Assembly (NCBI GenBank): GCA_038245905.1
Contig: JBBRRY010000009.1
Span: forward strand, 26,729-90,728
DNA length: 64,000 nucleotides
Reading direction: 5' to 3'
DNA from: Thermoanaerobaculia bacterium
Lineage (GTDB): Bacteria > Acidobacteriota > Thermoanaerobaculia > UBA5066
The translations under genes were made by a program, and so were the position numbers. The notes beneath the pieces were generated by a model that ran no database searches, was not told where the DNA came from, and saw only the letters and a list, made by a program, of their open reading frames with translations. This document shows, piece after piece, positions 30,469-39,927 of this stretch; the stretch's first letter is position 1; every line of letters begins with the position of its first letter.

Positions 30469-31593
30469 TTAACCCCGATGCGGGCCGACGGCCCGGACCG
30501 CCCAGCGCAGCTTGGCGGCGGAGGAGCGGGGGTTCGCGCGGCGCTCTTCGGGCGCCGCGCGGACGACTTCGTCCGCGACGCGCGCGTAGAGGCCGCTTTC
30601 GAGGCCCGCCTTGAACGCCTTTTTCACGAGCCGGTCCTCGCCCGAGTGGAACGTCACGATCGCGACGCGCCCGCCGAGAGCGAGGCAGTGGGGCAGGTCG
30701 CGGAGGAACGCCTCGAGCGCCGTCAGCTCGTCGTTGACGAGGATGCGGATCGCCTGGAAGGTCCGCTGAAGGGAGGATTTCTTTGCTTCGGACGCGTCAC
30801 GCGAGGTCGTTCCTCGGTAGGCGAGCTCGACGGCAGCCGCAACGTCCGAAGTTCGGAGAAGAGGGGGATTTTTTAGAAGGTGAATAGGGCCGGAGCCGCG
30901 GCGCGCTTCATTCGTCTCATGCAATGCTGCGGCGATTCCCGCCGCTTTGGGCTCGTCTCCCAACCTTCTAAGAAAATCTTCTATCTCTTCTCTCTTCATC
31001 CGAAGCAGAAGAGCTCCGGCGGGGAGGCCGCGCGTGGGGTTCATCCGGAGGTCGAGCGGCGCGTCGTGCTTCCACGAGAAGCCGCGGCTCGGGTCGTCGA
31101 GCTGCATCGAGGAGACGCCGAGGTCGGCGAGGATGACGTCGGCGCCGGCCGCGCCACGAGCGTCTTCGGCGAGGAGCTTGCGGAGGCCTGCGTAGTTCCG
31201 CCTCACGCAGCGCACTGCGTCGGTCTCTCCGCGCTCCCTCGCGAGGGCCTTCAGCCGCGCCTCGGCCCTCGGCAGCTCGATGGGGTCGACGTCGAGGCCG
31301 AGGAGCCGGCCGCCGGGCAGGATCCTCTTCAAAAGCTCCGAAGCGTGGCCGCCATATCCGAGCGTCGCGTCCACGGCCACGTCGCCGGGGGCGGGGGCGA
31401 GCGCCTCGAGAACCTCGGCGACGAGGACGGGAACGTGGCTGCCGGCGGGCGTCTTCCCGGAGGCGATCACTTTCGTGCGCGCGTCCGGATACCGCGCCGC
31501 GTCGTGTTCCTTGTACTTCTCCTCGAATTTCTTCGGGTGGGTGCCCGCGTAGCGCGGACGCCTCTTGTGCTCTGGCGGTGGGTCGAAGTTCAC
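30469..31593 (-). CDS. rsmH: 16S rRNA m4C1402 methyltransferase RsmH family (long-N-terminus form)
   Basis: HVPVL, DATLGYGGHA, DLGVSSMQ, PLDLRM, FQAIRI.VNDEL, FHSGEDR, NPRSSAAKLR. Confidence 0.9.
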   Translation of the reverse strand: MNFDPPPEHKRRPRYAGTHPKKFEEKYKEHDAARYPDARTKVIASGKTPAGSHVPVLVAEVLEALAPAPGDVAVDATLGYGGHASELLKRILPGGRLLGLDVDPIELPRAEARLKALARERGETDAVRCVRRNYAGLRKLLAEDARGAAGADVILADLGVSSMQLDDPSRGFSWKHDAPLDLRMNPTRGLPAGALLLRMKREEIEDFLRRLGDEPKAAGIAAALHETNEARRGSGPIHLLKNPPLLRTSDVAAAVELAYRGTTSRDASEAKKSSLQRTFQAIRILVNDELTALEAFLRDLPHCLALGGRVAIVTFHSGEDRLVKKAFKAGLESGLYARVADEVVRAAPEERRANPRSSAAKLRWAVRAVGPHRG

Positions 31594-33344
31594 CTGGGGA
31601 GGTCGAGCGGCTTGCCGACGGCGTCGGGGAGCGTCACACCGAGCCAGCGTCCGACCGTAGGCGCGAGGTCGTAGGGCGTCGCCGGAGCGTCGGAGGCTCC
31701 GGCCGTGACGCCTGCGCCCCAGAACACGAGCGGCACGTGGATGTCGTACTCGTACTGCGTGCCATGCATCGCGCCCCGGCCGGGGTTGTACGAGTTCATG
31801 ACGCCCCAGCGCGGGATCACGAAGGCGTCGCCCGAACGCTCACGGTCGAAGTCGTTGCGCACGAACGATGCCGCGGGCGTCGCCGGCCACGAGGCCTGCT
31901 GGGAGACGAGGAGCACGTCTTCGACTTCTTCGTCCCATACGTACCGGATGATCTTCGGAAGAACGCGGTCGACGTCCGCGGCGGTCACGGGCGCTCCGGC
32001 GGGCCCGCAAGCCCCCACGACGGTCTTGTAGGGGAACGCGGCGCGGCTGTAGAAGAGGTTCCAGCCGTCCATGCCGCCGACGACCCTCGCGGAGCGGTCG
32101 AGACAGAGCGTGTCGTCCAAGAGGCGGTTCAGGCGCTCGCGATCGTTGTGGAGCGTGTCGCGGCCCGTCTCGAGGCGGCCGCCGGTCGCCGTCTTGTCGA
32201 GCGCCTTCGCGACTTCCGGCATCACGGGGAAGCCGTGGTCCGCCGAAAGGGCGACGAGGACGGTGCCTTTCGGAAAGGCCGCGTCGAGCGCATCGAGGAC
32301 GCGGCCGATCTGGAGGTCGAGCCGGCGCAGGGAATCGCGCGACTCCTCGCTCTCGTCTCCGTAGTCGTGCGCGATGGGGTCGTGGCCCGAGAACGAGATC
32401 GCGAGGAGGTCCGGGACGTCGCCGTGCCCGAGTCCGTAGCCGGGGTCGTTGAGAAAGGCGAGCGCGAGGTCGGCCGTCAAGACGTCGATCAGGGGGCTGC
32501 GGTAGATCCCGCCGAAGTACCCGCTCGGACCGCCGGCCGGGACTCGCCCATACCCCGAAAGGTCGTGGCCGAAGCCCAGGCCGAGCGTCGGGACCTGAAA
32601 GCGCGCGATCACGTTCACGGGCGCGGCCGTCGGGACGGGCTTGGCGCCGTGCACGGGCGCCGGCTCGGGCAGCTTCTCCCAGACGAGGCCGAAGCGGGCC
32701 GGAAGCACGCCGCCCGCTCGTGTGTCGTTGAACTTTTTCACGATCGCCGCCGCCGCGGACGGCGGGCGGTACGCGGCGGACGTCTGGAAGCGCCCGGTAT
32801 CGCCGTCCCACCAGTAAACGGCGTGCGCGGGGTTCTTCCCGGCGAGGAAGATCGCGCCGCGGTCCTTCGCGGAGACGGACACGACGCGCGCTCCCTTGAC
32901 GCCCTCGACGAGCCGGTCGCCGAGCGTCGGAACGCGCAGATTGCCGGGGCCCGCGATTTTTCGTCCCGAAGCGGCGTCCTTCTGGTCCGTGCAGTAGACG
33001 TTCTGAAGCGCGCCGTCCGGCCCGTATTCGAACCAGCTGTTCAGGACTATGCCCGTCACGCGCGGAGGCGCACCGGTGCCGAGCGAAGCATGGCCGGGCC
33101 CGGTCTCGGTGTTGAGGTGCTGGTAGCGCGCGCCGCGAAGCGCAAAGCCCTCGTCGAGGAGGCGCTTGAGGCCCGCCGTGTAGAGCGGCCGGTAGCCTTC
33201 GAGGCGCGCCCAGCCGAGTCCGTCGACGGAGATCACGACAGCGAGCTTCGGTTTCGGGGGCCGTGCTGGCGTGGGCGCCCGGCCCGTGAGGAGTGTGGGG
33301 GCGGCGAGGACAAGGGCGAGAAGTGTCCGGGCGGGTCGCGTCAT
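31590..33344 (-). CDS. Alkaline phosphatase family protein (PafA-like)
   Basis: Signal peptide, ISVDG, TETGPGHA (Thr nucleophile), KDRGAI, DPIAH, SADHG, HGT..YDIHVPL. Start ATG 33344. Confidence 0.9.
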   Translation of the reverse strand: MTRPARTLLALVLAAPTLLTGRAPTPARPPKPKLAVVISVDGLGWARLEGYRPLYTAGLKRLLDEGFALRGARYQHLNTETGPGHASLGTGAPPRVTGIVLNSWFEYGPDGALQNVYCTDQKDAASGRKIAGPGNLRVPTLGDRLVEGVKGARVVSVSAKDRGAIFLAGKNPAHAVYWWDGDTGRFQTSAAYRPPSAAAAIVKKFNDTRAGGVLPARFGLVWEKLPEPAPVHGAKPVPTAAPVNVIARFQVPTLGLGFGHDLSGYGRVPAGGPSGYFGGIYRSPLIDVLTADLALAFLNDPGYGLGHGDVPDLLAISFSGHDPIAHDYGDESEESRDSLRRLDLQIGRVLDALDAAFPKGTVLVALSADHGFPVMPEVAKALDKTATGGRLETGRDTLHNDRERLNRLLDDTLCLDRSARVVGGMDGWNLFYSRAAFPYKTVVGACGPAGAPVTAADVDRVLPKIIRYVWDEEVEDVLLVSQQASWPATPAASFVRNDFDRERSGDAFVIPRWGVMNSYNPGRGAMHGTQYEYDIHVPLVFWGAGVTAGASDAPATPYDLAPTVGRWLGVTLPDAVGKPLDLPR

Positions 33345-33369
33345 GCGCCCATCCTGCCACGGAGTCCGA

Positions 33370-33397
33370 TGTAAAGGAGACGTGAAATCGGCGTAAA
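33370..33397 (-). promoter_or_regulatory. Pho-box-like triple direct repeat
   Basis: Minus strand TTTACG-N5-TTCACG-N5-TTTACA with exact 11-bp period, between the phosphatase and DUF47/Pit genes. Confidence 0.65.
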
Positions 33398-33423
33398 TTC
33401 CGTCTGATATTCTCTGCCGCGCC

Positions 33424-34047
33424 ATGTTTCAGCTGTTCCCCCGCGAGGAGACTTTCCTTCCGCAGTTCGCTCGTGCCGCCGAGATCATCCTCGAAGCGGC
33501 GACCGCGCTCGACGAGCTCGCCGCGGATTTCACCGACGTGGAGCTGAAGGTCGCGCACATCAAGCACCTCGAGCACGAAGGCGATCAGGTCGCGCACCAG
33601 ACGTTCGGGCTGCTCTCGCGCACGTGGATCACGCCGATCGACCGGGAGGACATTCACGCGCTCGTGAAGGCTCTCGACGACGTGCTGGACTTCATCGACG
33701 CGGCGGCGAACCGCTTCGTGCTCTACAAGATTCCGGGGCCGCGTCCGGGCCTCAAACAGGCGACCGAAATTCTGGTCCAGTCGGCGATCGCGATCCGGCG
33801 CGCGATGGGGATGCTCGGCGATCTGAAGCATTCCGCGGCGATTCTCGAGATCTGCGTCGAGATCAATCGCCTGGAAAACGAGGCCGACACGCTGAACCGC
33901 ATCTCGATCGGCCGGCTTTTCGACACCGAGAAGGATCCGATCACCCTCCTGAAGTGGAAGGAGATCTACGAGGTCCTCGAAGAAGCCACCGACCGCTGCG
34001 AAGACGTCGCGAACGTCTTCGAGCAGATCGTCCTGAAGTCCGCCTGA
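33424..34047 (+). CDS. DUF47 (PhoU-like) phosphate transport regulator
   Basis: LEHEGD, ITPIDREDI, LDDVLD, ENEAD, LEEATDRCEDVA; upstream of pit. Confidence 0.92.
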   Translation: MFQLFPREETFLPQFARAAEIILEAATALDELAADFTDVELKVAHIKHLEHEGDQVAHQTFGLLSRTWITPIDREDIHALVKALDDVLDFIDAAANRFVLYKIPGPRPGLKQATEILVQSAIAIRRAMGMLGDLKHSAAILEICVEINRLENEADTLNRISIGRLFDTEKDPITLLKWKEIYEVLEEATDRCEDVANVFEQIVLKSA

Positions 34048-34063
34048 GCCTCGCGCGACGCCG

Positions 34064-35050
34064 ATGAGCTTCGTTCTCTTCGTCGTATTCGTCGCGCTCG
34101 CCTTCGACTTCATCAACGGCTTCCACGACGCGGCGAACTCCATCGCGACCGTCGTCGGAACGCGCGTCCTGACGCCGAAGAAGGCCGTGGCCTGGGCGGC
34201 TTTTTTCAATTTCGTGGCGGCCTTCTCGCTCGAGACGCGCGTCGCCAAGACGATCGGCAAGGACATCGTGAATCCTGCCGTCGTCGACCCCGTTCTCGTT
34301 TTCGCGGCTCTCGTCGGCGCGATCGTCTGGAACCTTCTCACGTGGTGGTGGGGACTGCCCTCGTCCTCCTCTCACGCCCTCATCGGGGGCTTCGCCGGCG
34401 CTGCCGTCATGAAGGCGGGGCTGGGAGCGCTGATGCCTCACGGGCTCGTGAAGACGCTGATCTTCATCATCCTATCGCCCGTCCTCGGCTTCCTGCTCGG
34501 ATTCGTCTTCTTCCTGATCGTCGCCTGGGCGTTTCGGCGGGCGCGGCCGGAGCCGCTGGACCGAGGTTTTCGAAAGGTCCAGCTCGTGTCGGCGGCCGCC
34601 TTCTCGTTCGGCCACGGTATGAACGACGCCCAGAAGACGATGGGGATCATCGCCGCGCTTCTCTTCTCGTCGGGCTACCTGAAAGTGATGGAGATTCCCT
34701 TCTGGATCGTCCTCATCTGCCACGCGGCCATCGGTCTCGGGACGCTTACGGGCGGCTGGCGCATCGTGCGCACGATGGGAATGCGCATCACGACGCTGAA
34801 GCCGATCGGCGGCTCGTGCGCCGAATTCGCGGGGGCGGTGACGCTCATCGGGGCCTCGCTCGGAGGCGTGCCCGTCTCGACGACGCACACGATCACCGGC
34901 GCGATCATGGGCGTCGGGTCGGTACGTCGCTTCTCGGCGGTGCGCTGGGGCGTCGCCCGCTCCATCGTGATCGCGTGGATCCTGACGATCCCCGCGTCCG
35001 CGATCGTGGCGGCCCTCGTGTGGCTCTGCATCTCGGCCGTGAAGCGCTGA
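34064..35050 (+). CDS. pit: Inorganic phosphate transporter, Pit family
   Basis: NGFHDAANSIAT, PSSSSH, HGMNDAQK, PVSTTH. Confidence 0.94.
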   Translation: MSFVLFVVFVALAFDFINGFHDAANSIATVVGTRVLTPKKAVAWAAFFNFVAAFSLETRVAKTIGKDIVNPAVVDPVLVFAALVGAIVWNLLTWWWGLPSSSSHALIGGFAGAAVMKAGLGALMPHGLVKTLIFIILSPVLGFLLGFVFFLIVAWAFRRARPEPLDRGFRKVQLVSAAAFSFGHGMNDAQKTMGIIAALLFSSGYLKVMEIPFWIVLICHAAIGLGTLTGGWRIVRTMGMRITTLKPIGGSCAEFAGAVTLIGASLGGVPVSTTHTITGAIMGVGSVRRFSAVRWGVARSIVIAWILTIPASAIVAALVWLCISAVKR

Positions 35051-35066
35051 CGCTTCGACGGAGGGC

Positions 35067-35708
35067 TCAGCGCTTCGGCTTGTCCGGATCGGGAGCCGAG
35101 TCGCCCACGGGCCGCCGCACGCCGAGCTTCGGGCCGGCCCGCTTTGCCCGGCGGCGAGGGTGAATGATTTTTCCAAGCTCCTTGTTGAGCGGGTTGTCGC
35201 GGCGGAGGAACGGGATCGCCGGTGCGGACCGGACGCCGATCTCGTCCTGGAAGGCGAGCAGGATCGCGCTCCTCGGGCTCTCCTTGAGGCCTCTCTCGAG
35301 GGCCGACACCATCATCGAGCGCACACGGGCGGCCTGCCAGATCTTCGCGAGATTCAGATAGTGCTCGCCCTTGTGGGGCTCGAGCTGGATCGCGACCTCG
35401 CAGAAGCGCGCGCCCTCGTCCGTCTGCGAGGACGTCGTCAGGGCAAGACAGAGTCCGTAATACGAAAAACACACGGCGGGTGTCCTCTTGCGGGCTCCCA
35501 GCTGTTCGATGCCGCGCGCGGCTTTGACCTCCTCGCTCAGGACCTCGGTCTCCAAGGAGAACAGCTTGTAGGCTTCGGCGAGGAGTACGAGGCCGCGGGC
35601 GTAGCGCTCGGCCCGGGCGGCGTCGATCCCCAGGCGCATCAGCTCCATCGGATCGTCTGTCGCGGCCTCCGCGAGCACCTGCGCGGGGACCACGCTTCGT
35701 TCGCGCAT
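35067..35708 (-). CDS. TPR-like hypothetical protein
   Basis: Helical repeats (SYYGLCLA, AIQLEP..HYLNLA), C-terminal PFLRRDNPLNKELG. Confidence 0.7.
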   Translation of the reverse strand: MRERSVVPAQVLAEAATDDPMELMRLGIDAARAERYARGLVLLAEAYKLFSLETEVLSEEVKAARGIEQLGARKRTPAVCFSYYGLCLALTTSSQTDEGARFCEVAIQLEPHKGEHYLNLAKIWQAARVRSMMVSALERGLKESPRSAILLAFQDEIGVRSAPAIPFLRRDNPLNKELGKIIHPRRRAKRAGPKLGVRRPVGDSAPDPDKPKR

Positions 35709-35795
35709 TTCGTTCCTCTTCCCGGAGGCCAGTCTCGGTCGTGAGTGGGCGCCGCGTCAAGCCGGTCGCGCGGGCGTGTCGGGTATCGTCACGTG

Positions 35796-36983
35796 ATGCG
35801 GACACTCACCCTCGCGAAGGGGCGCGACGCGGCGACGCGGCGGCGCCACCCATGGCTGTTCTCGGGCGCGGTCGCGCGGGAGGAAGGGTCTTCGCCCGAC
35901 GGAGTCGTCGAGGCGCGGGACGCTTCGGGTGTCTTTCTCGCGCGCGGATTCGCATCGCCCTCCGCGTCGATCGTCGCGCGCTTCTGGACGTTCGAGGACC
36001 GTCCGCTGGACGCCGGCTTCATCGCGGAGCGGGTGCTTGAAGCGGTCGAGCTCAGGCAGCGCCTCGTCGCGCCCGGGACGGATGGCTACCGGGTCGTGAA
36101 CGCCGAGGGCGACTTCCTGCCCGGCCTGGTCGTGGACCGGTTCGGCGGGGTTCTCGTCGTCCAGTCCTCGACGGAAGGGACCGACCGCGCACGCTCGCTC
36201 TGGCTGCCTCCGCTCCTCGCGGCTTTTCCTGGGGCGTCCGTCGTCCAGAAGAACAATTTGCCGTCCCGGAAGGGAGAAGGGCTTTCGCAGGACGACGAGC
36301 TTCTCGCGGGCGACGGGATTCCCGAACGGGCGGAATTCCTCGAGCATGGACTCTCGTTCGTGGCCGAAGTCTCCGCGGGCCAGAAAACAGGGTTCTTCCT
36401 CGACCAGCGCGAGAACCGCAATCTCGTGCGCTCCCTCGCGGCGGGTCGGAGCGTCCTCAATCTGTTTTCCTACTCGGGAGCGTTCGGCGTCGCGGCTCTC
36501 GCCGGCGGCGCTGCGCGGGTGGCCCACGTCGACGTCTCCAGCGCCGCGCTCGAGCTGGCCCGGGAGAATCACCGGCGGAACGGCCAGCCCGTCGACGGCG
36601 CCGAGTCCCGGGTGGAGACGCGCGAGGCAGACGTCTTCGACGACCTCCGGGCGCGCGTCCAGGCCGGCGAGCGCTGGGACTTCATCGTGACCGACCCGCC
36701 GGCCTTCGCGAAGAGGAAGGCCGACGTGGACAAGGCGTGCCGCGGTTACAAGGACATCAACCGCTTGGCGTTTCAGCTTCTCGCGCCGGGAGGGCTCCTC
36801 CTCGCGTGCTCCTGCTCGGGCCGCATCTCGCCGGACCTCTTCCAGAAGGTCATCTTCGCGGCGGCCCTGGATGCGCGGCGTCCCGCGCGCCTTCTGGAAC
36901 GGCGCGGGGCGGGCCCAGACCATCCCGTCTCGATCGACTGCCCCGAGGGCGACTATCTCAAGGCGTTCCTCCTCTCCGTGTGA
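35796..36983 (+). CDS. rlmI: RlmI-like class I SAM-dependent rRNA methyltransferase
   Basis: HPWLFSG PUA domain, EGDFLPGLVVD, GQKTGFFLDQR, DPPAF, CSCS, YLK. Confidence 0.88.
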   Translation: MRTLTLAKGRDAATRRRHPWLFSGAVAREEGSSPDGVVEARDASGVFLARGFASPSASIVARFWTFEDRPLDAGFIAERVLEAVELRQRLVAPGTDGYRVVNAEGDFLPGLVVDRFGGVLVVQSSTEGTDRARSLWLPPLLAAFPGASVVQKNNLPSRKGEGLSQDDELLAGDGIPERAEFLEHGLSFVAEVSAGQKTGFFLDQRENRNLVRSLAAGRSVLNLFSYSGAFGVAALAGGAARVAHVDVSSAALELARENHRRNGQPVDGAESRVETREADVFDDLRARVQAGERWDFIVTDPPAFAKRKADVDKACRGYKDINRLAFQLLAPGGLLLACSCSGRISPDLFQKVIFAAALDARRPARLLERRGAGPDHPVSIDCPEGDYLKAFLLSV

Positions 36984-36992
36984 CGTTTCGAC

Positions 36993-37008
36993 TGGCACGG
37001 GCCCTGCT
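36993..37008 (+). promoter_or_regulatory. Putative sigma-54 (-24/-12) promoter
   Basis: TGGCACGGGCCCTGCT: GG-N10-GC, matching TGGCACG-N4-YTGCW, 9 nt before the VWA gene ATG. Confidence 0.55.
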
Positions 37009-37017
37009 GAGGGGCCG

Positions 37018-38742
37018 ATGATGTCCCGAGTGAAAGCCGGATTTCGGGGTCTTCTGCTCGCTGCGCTCGTGTCCGGGCACGCCGCTGTCGCCCAGACACC
37101 CGCGGACGCCCCCCGCGTCTCCGGGTCGGTCGAGACGTCCGTCCTCGAGCTCGATGTCGTCGTGACCGACAGGGACGGAAACCCGGTCTCCGGCCTCGGA
37201 CCCTCCGATTTCGAGGTACGCATCGGCAAGAAGCCCGTGGAGATCACGAATTTCTACGAAGGGAGGCCGGCTTCCCGTCCGCGTCCCGCCCCCGGTGCCG
37301 CGCCCGAAGGGGGAATCCCGCCGGCCCGGGTATCACCGCTCCTCGCGGCCGACAGACCGCCCCGGCATCTCGTCTTTTTTCTCGACAGGCTGGAGCTTCT
37401 CGAAAAGTGGAAGAGCCAGGGCACGTTCGGGCCCCTCAGGACTCTCCTTCGGACGGCCCTCGGGCCCGGTGACGACGCGATGATCGTGACCTGGAATCGC
37501 TCGGTGAGGTCCGTGCTTCCGTTCACGACCGATCTCGCCGCACTCGAACGAGTGCTCGACCAGCAGGAAGCGCTAAGCCGCAGGTTGTCCGGGGAAGCGA
37601 TCGCCGTCGACCAGCTCTCGGACGACGCCGCGTGGTTCAAGTCGCTCCCGCCCGAGAGCAATTCCGGCGGCATCGAGATGAGCGAGCGCACGCTGGCCGC
37701 CGAGGCGTACGCCGAAATGAAAGCGAAAGCCTCCGCCCTCAAGGCTCTCCTCGCGACGCTCGGAGGCCTTTCGGGACGGAAGATCCTCGTCTTCACGAGC
37801 CACCGTTTCTCCGATCTGGCGGGACTCGAGTTCCTCCTCGGTGAGCGGGCGCAGTACGCCGACCTTCCCAGCGGCGCGAACGAATTCAGCGGACGGACGC
37901 TCGTCGAATCGGTGGCGGCGGCCGCGAACGCGAACGGCGTGACCCTTTATCCGGTCTATCCAGCCGGGTGGCCGGACGCAGCAAAAGGCGAGATCTCGGC
38001 CGCGAATCGCCCGTCCGCGAATCCCACTCTCAACGCCGCCGTCGGCGGCGCCCGCGGAGACATGATCGTGATGAACGAACGGGTCGCGCTCGACACCCTG
38101 GCCGACAGGACCGGCGGACGCCTCGCCGTCGGCTTCCGGGAAATCGGAGAGCTCGTTCCGCACATTCTCAACGATCTCGATTTCTCCTATTCGATCGGCG
38201 TCGCCGCGACTCCCGGTAAACCGGGGCGCGACCTTGCCGTGGACGTGAAGACGACGGACCGGCGGCTCACGGTCCGCGCGCGCCGTTTCGTCGTGGAAAA
38301 GTCTCCCGAGACCCGGATCCGGGATCGCGTTCTCTCGAATCTGTTCCGCCCGGACGCCTCGTCGCGTCTCGGGATTTCTCTCGCGAAGACCACGTCGGAG
38401 ACGAAGAAGGGCCGCACGACCGTATCCCTGCCGATCCGCGTTCCGATCGGCGGGCTCGTGCTCGCGCCGTCGGCGGGTGGGGAGAGCGGCGTATTTTCCG
38501 TGTTCGTCGCTTCCGCCGCCGCGGATGGAAGCTTTTCGGACGTCGTGCAACAGAGGCGGCCCTTCGAGATCCCGCGCGCCGAGCTCGCGAAGGCGAAGGG
38601 AGGTCACTTCACCTACGACGTTCCCGTCGTTCTCGGCTCCCCGGAGGGGCGCGTGTCGGTCGGCGTGTATGACGAGATCGGACGGGACGCGGGATTCCTT
38701 CTCGTGGACGTCTCTGGCGGGATCGTGACCGTCCGTCGATAA
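37018..38742 (+). CDS. Secreted VWFA-related acidobacterial-type domain protein
   Basis: Signal peptide, ELDVVVTDRDGNPVSGLGPSDFEV, LSGRKILVFTS, LADRTGG, YSIG. Confidence 0.85.
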   Translation: MMSRVKAGFRGLLLAALVSGHAAVAQTPADAPRVSGSVETSVLELDVVVTDRDGNPVSGLGPSDFEVRIGKKPVEITNFYEGRPASRPRPAPGAAPEGGIPPARVSPLLAADRPPRHLVFFLDRLELLEKWKSQGTFGPLRTLLRTALGPGDDAMIVTWNRSVRSVLPFTTDLAALERVLDQQEALSRRLSGEAIAVDQLSDDAAWFKSLPPESNSGGIEMSERTLAAEAYAEMKAKASALKALLATLGGLSGRKILVFTSHRFSDLAGLEFLLGERAQYADLPSGANEFSGRTLVESVAAAANANGVTLYPVYPAGWPDAAKGEISAANRPSANPTLNAAVGGARGDMIVMNERVALDTLADRTGGRLAVGFREIGELVPHILNDLDFSYSIGVAATPGKPGRDLAVDVKTTDRRLTVRARRFVVEKSPETRIRDRVLSNLFRPDASSRLGISLAKTTSETKKGRTTVSLPIRVPIGGLVLAPSAGGESGVFSVFVASAAADGSFSDVVQQRRPFEIPRAELAKAKGGHFTYDVPVVLGSPEGRVSVGVYDEIGRDAGFLLVDVSGGIVTVRR

Positions 38743-38753
38743 TCGCGGCGTCC

Positions 38754-39914
38754 ATGCCGCCTCCTGTCGTAGCCCTCGTCGGCCCGATTCCTCCCTGGCG
38801 GAGCGGGATCGCGGACCAGACTCAGCGCCTTGCGGTCGCCATGAAGGCGCTCGGAGTCGTTCCGCTGGTGTTCACGTTTCGAAGGATGTATCCGGGGTTC
38901 TTTTATCCAGGGAAGAGAACCGAGAATTTCTTTGAAGAGGAAGAGGGAACGGGGGAGCAGCTTCCGGCGGGGCTGTCTCTGCCCGCGCGCCCCGTCCTCG
39001 ACGGCCTCAATCCTCTCTCCTTCTATTCAGCTTCAAAGCAAATCCTCCTCTCCGGATGTTCCCTCGTCGTCGTCCCATGGTGGACAGCGTATTTCGCACC
39101 GCACGTGCTCCTCCTCTTCGCCGGGTTGTCTCGCGGGAGCGGCCGCGTGACGACGCTTCTCCTCTGTCACAACGTGTTCGACCACGAGCCGCATCTGTTC
39201 GCGGACGCGCTCACGCGCGCGGTCCTCGGGCGCGCCGACCGGTACGTGGTCCAGAACGCGCGAAACGCGGGCGAGATCGTGCGGGTGCGCCCCGATGCTG
39301 CCGTCTCGATCGTGCCGCATCCCTCGGAGCCCCGGGCCGTGATTCCGGACCGCGCGACCGCGCGCGCCCGGCTTGGAGTGCCGATCGACGTTCCGGTCTT
39401 CCTTTTCAGCGGGCTCCTCAGGCCTTACAAGGGCTGGGAGGTCCTCCTCGACGCCTTTCGCGCCGTCCGGACGGAAATCCCCACCGCGCTCCTCGTGTTC
39501 GCGGGCGAGCCCTGGGGCGAAGCGTGCGACCTGCCGGTCCGGGCTCCGGAGGGCGTCCGGCTCGAGCTCCGGTACCAGCCGGAGGAGGAGCGCGCCCAGT
39601 GGTTCGCCGCGTGCGACGCCGTCGTCTGTCCCTACCGTCACGCGACCGGATCGGGAATCGCCGCCGACGCGCTGGCGTTCTCGCGGCCCGTGATCGGCAC
39701 GGCGGTGGACGGGCTTCTTGGCATCGTCGAGGACGGCAGGAGCGGCCTCCTCGTTCCGCCCGGCGACGCGGACGCCCTTGCCGCCGCGATGATCCGCTTC
39801 GTCCGGGAAGCCCTGGGCCCGCGCCTCTCGGCCGGAGCCGCGCATCGCCGCTCGGTCTTCACGCCGGAGGAGCACGCGCGCCGGGTCCTCGCGGCGGGAG
39901 GCCTCGACGTATGA
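38754..39914 (+). CDS. Glycosyltransferase family 4
   Basis: GPIPPWRSGIA, CHNV, RPYKG, PYRHATGSG, GLLVPPGD. Confidence 0.88.
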   Translation: MPPPVVALVGPIPPWRSGIADQTQRLAVAMKALGVVPLVFTFRRMYPGFFYPGKRTENFFEEEEGTGEQLPAGLSLPARPVLDGLNPLSFYSASKQILLSGCSLVVVPWWTAYFAPHVLLLFAGLSRGSGRVTTLLLCHNVFDHEPHLFADALTRAVLGRADRYVVQNARNAGEIVRVRPDAAVSIVPHPSEPRAVIPDRATARARLGVPIDVPVFLFSGLLRPYKGWEVLLDAFRAVRTEIPTALLVFAGEPWGEACDLPVRAPEGVRLELRYQPEEERAQWFAACDAVVCPYRHATGSGIAADALAFSRPVIGTAVDGLLGIVEDGRSGLLVPPGDADALAAAMIRFVREALGPRLSAGAAHRRSVFTPEEHARRVLAAGGLDV

Positions 39915-39927
39915 GATCCTCTCCGCG

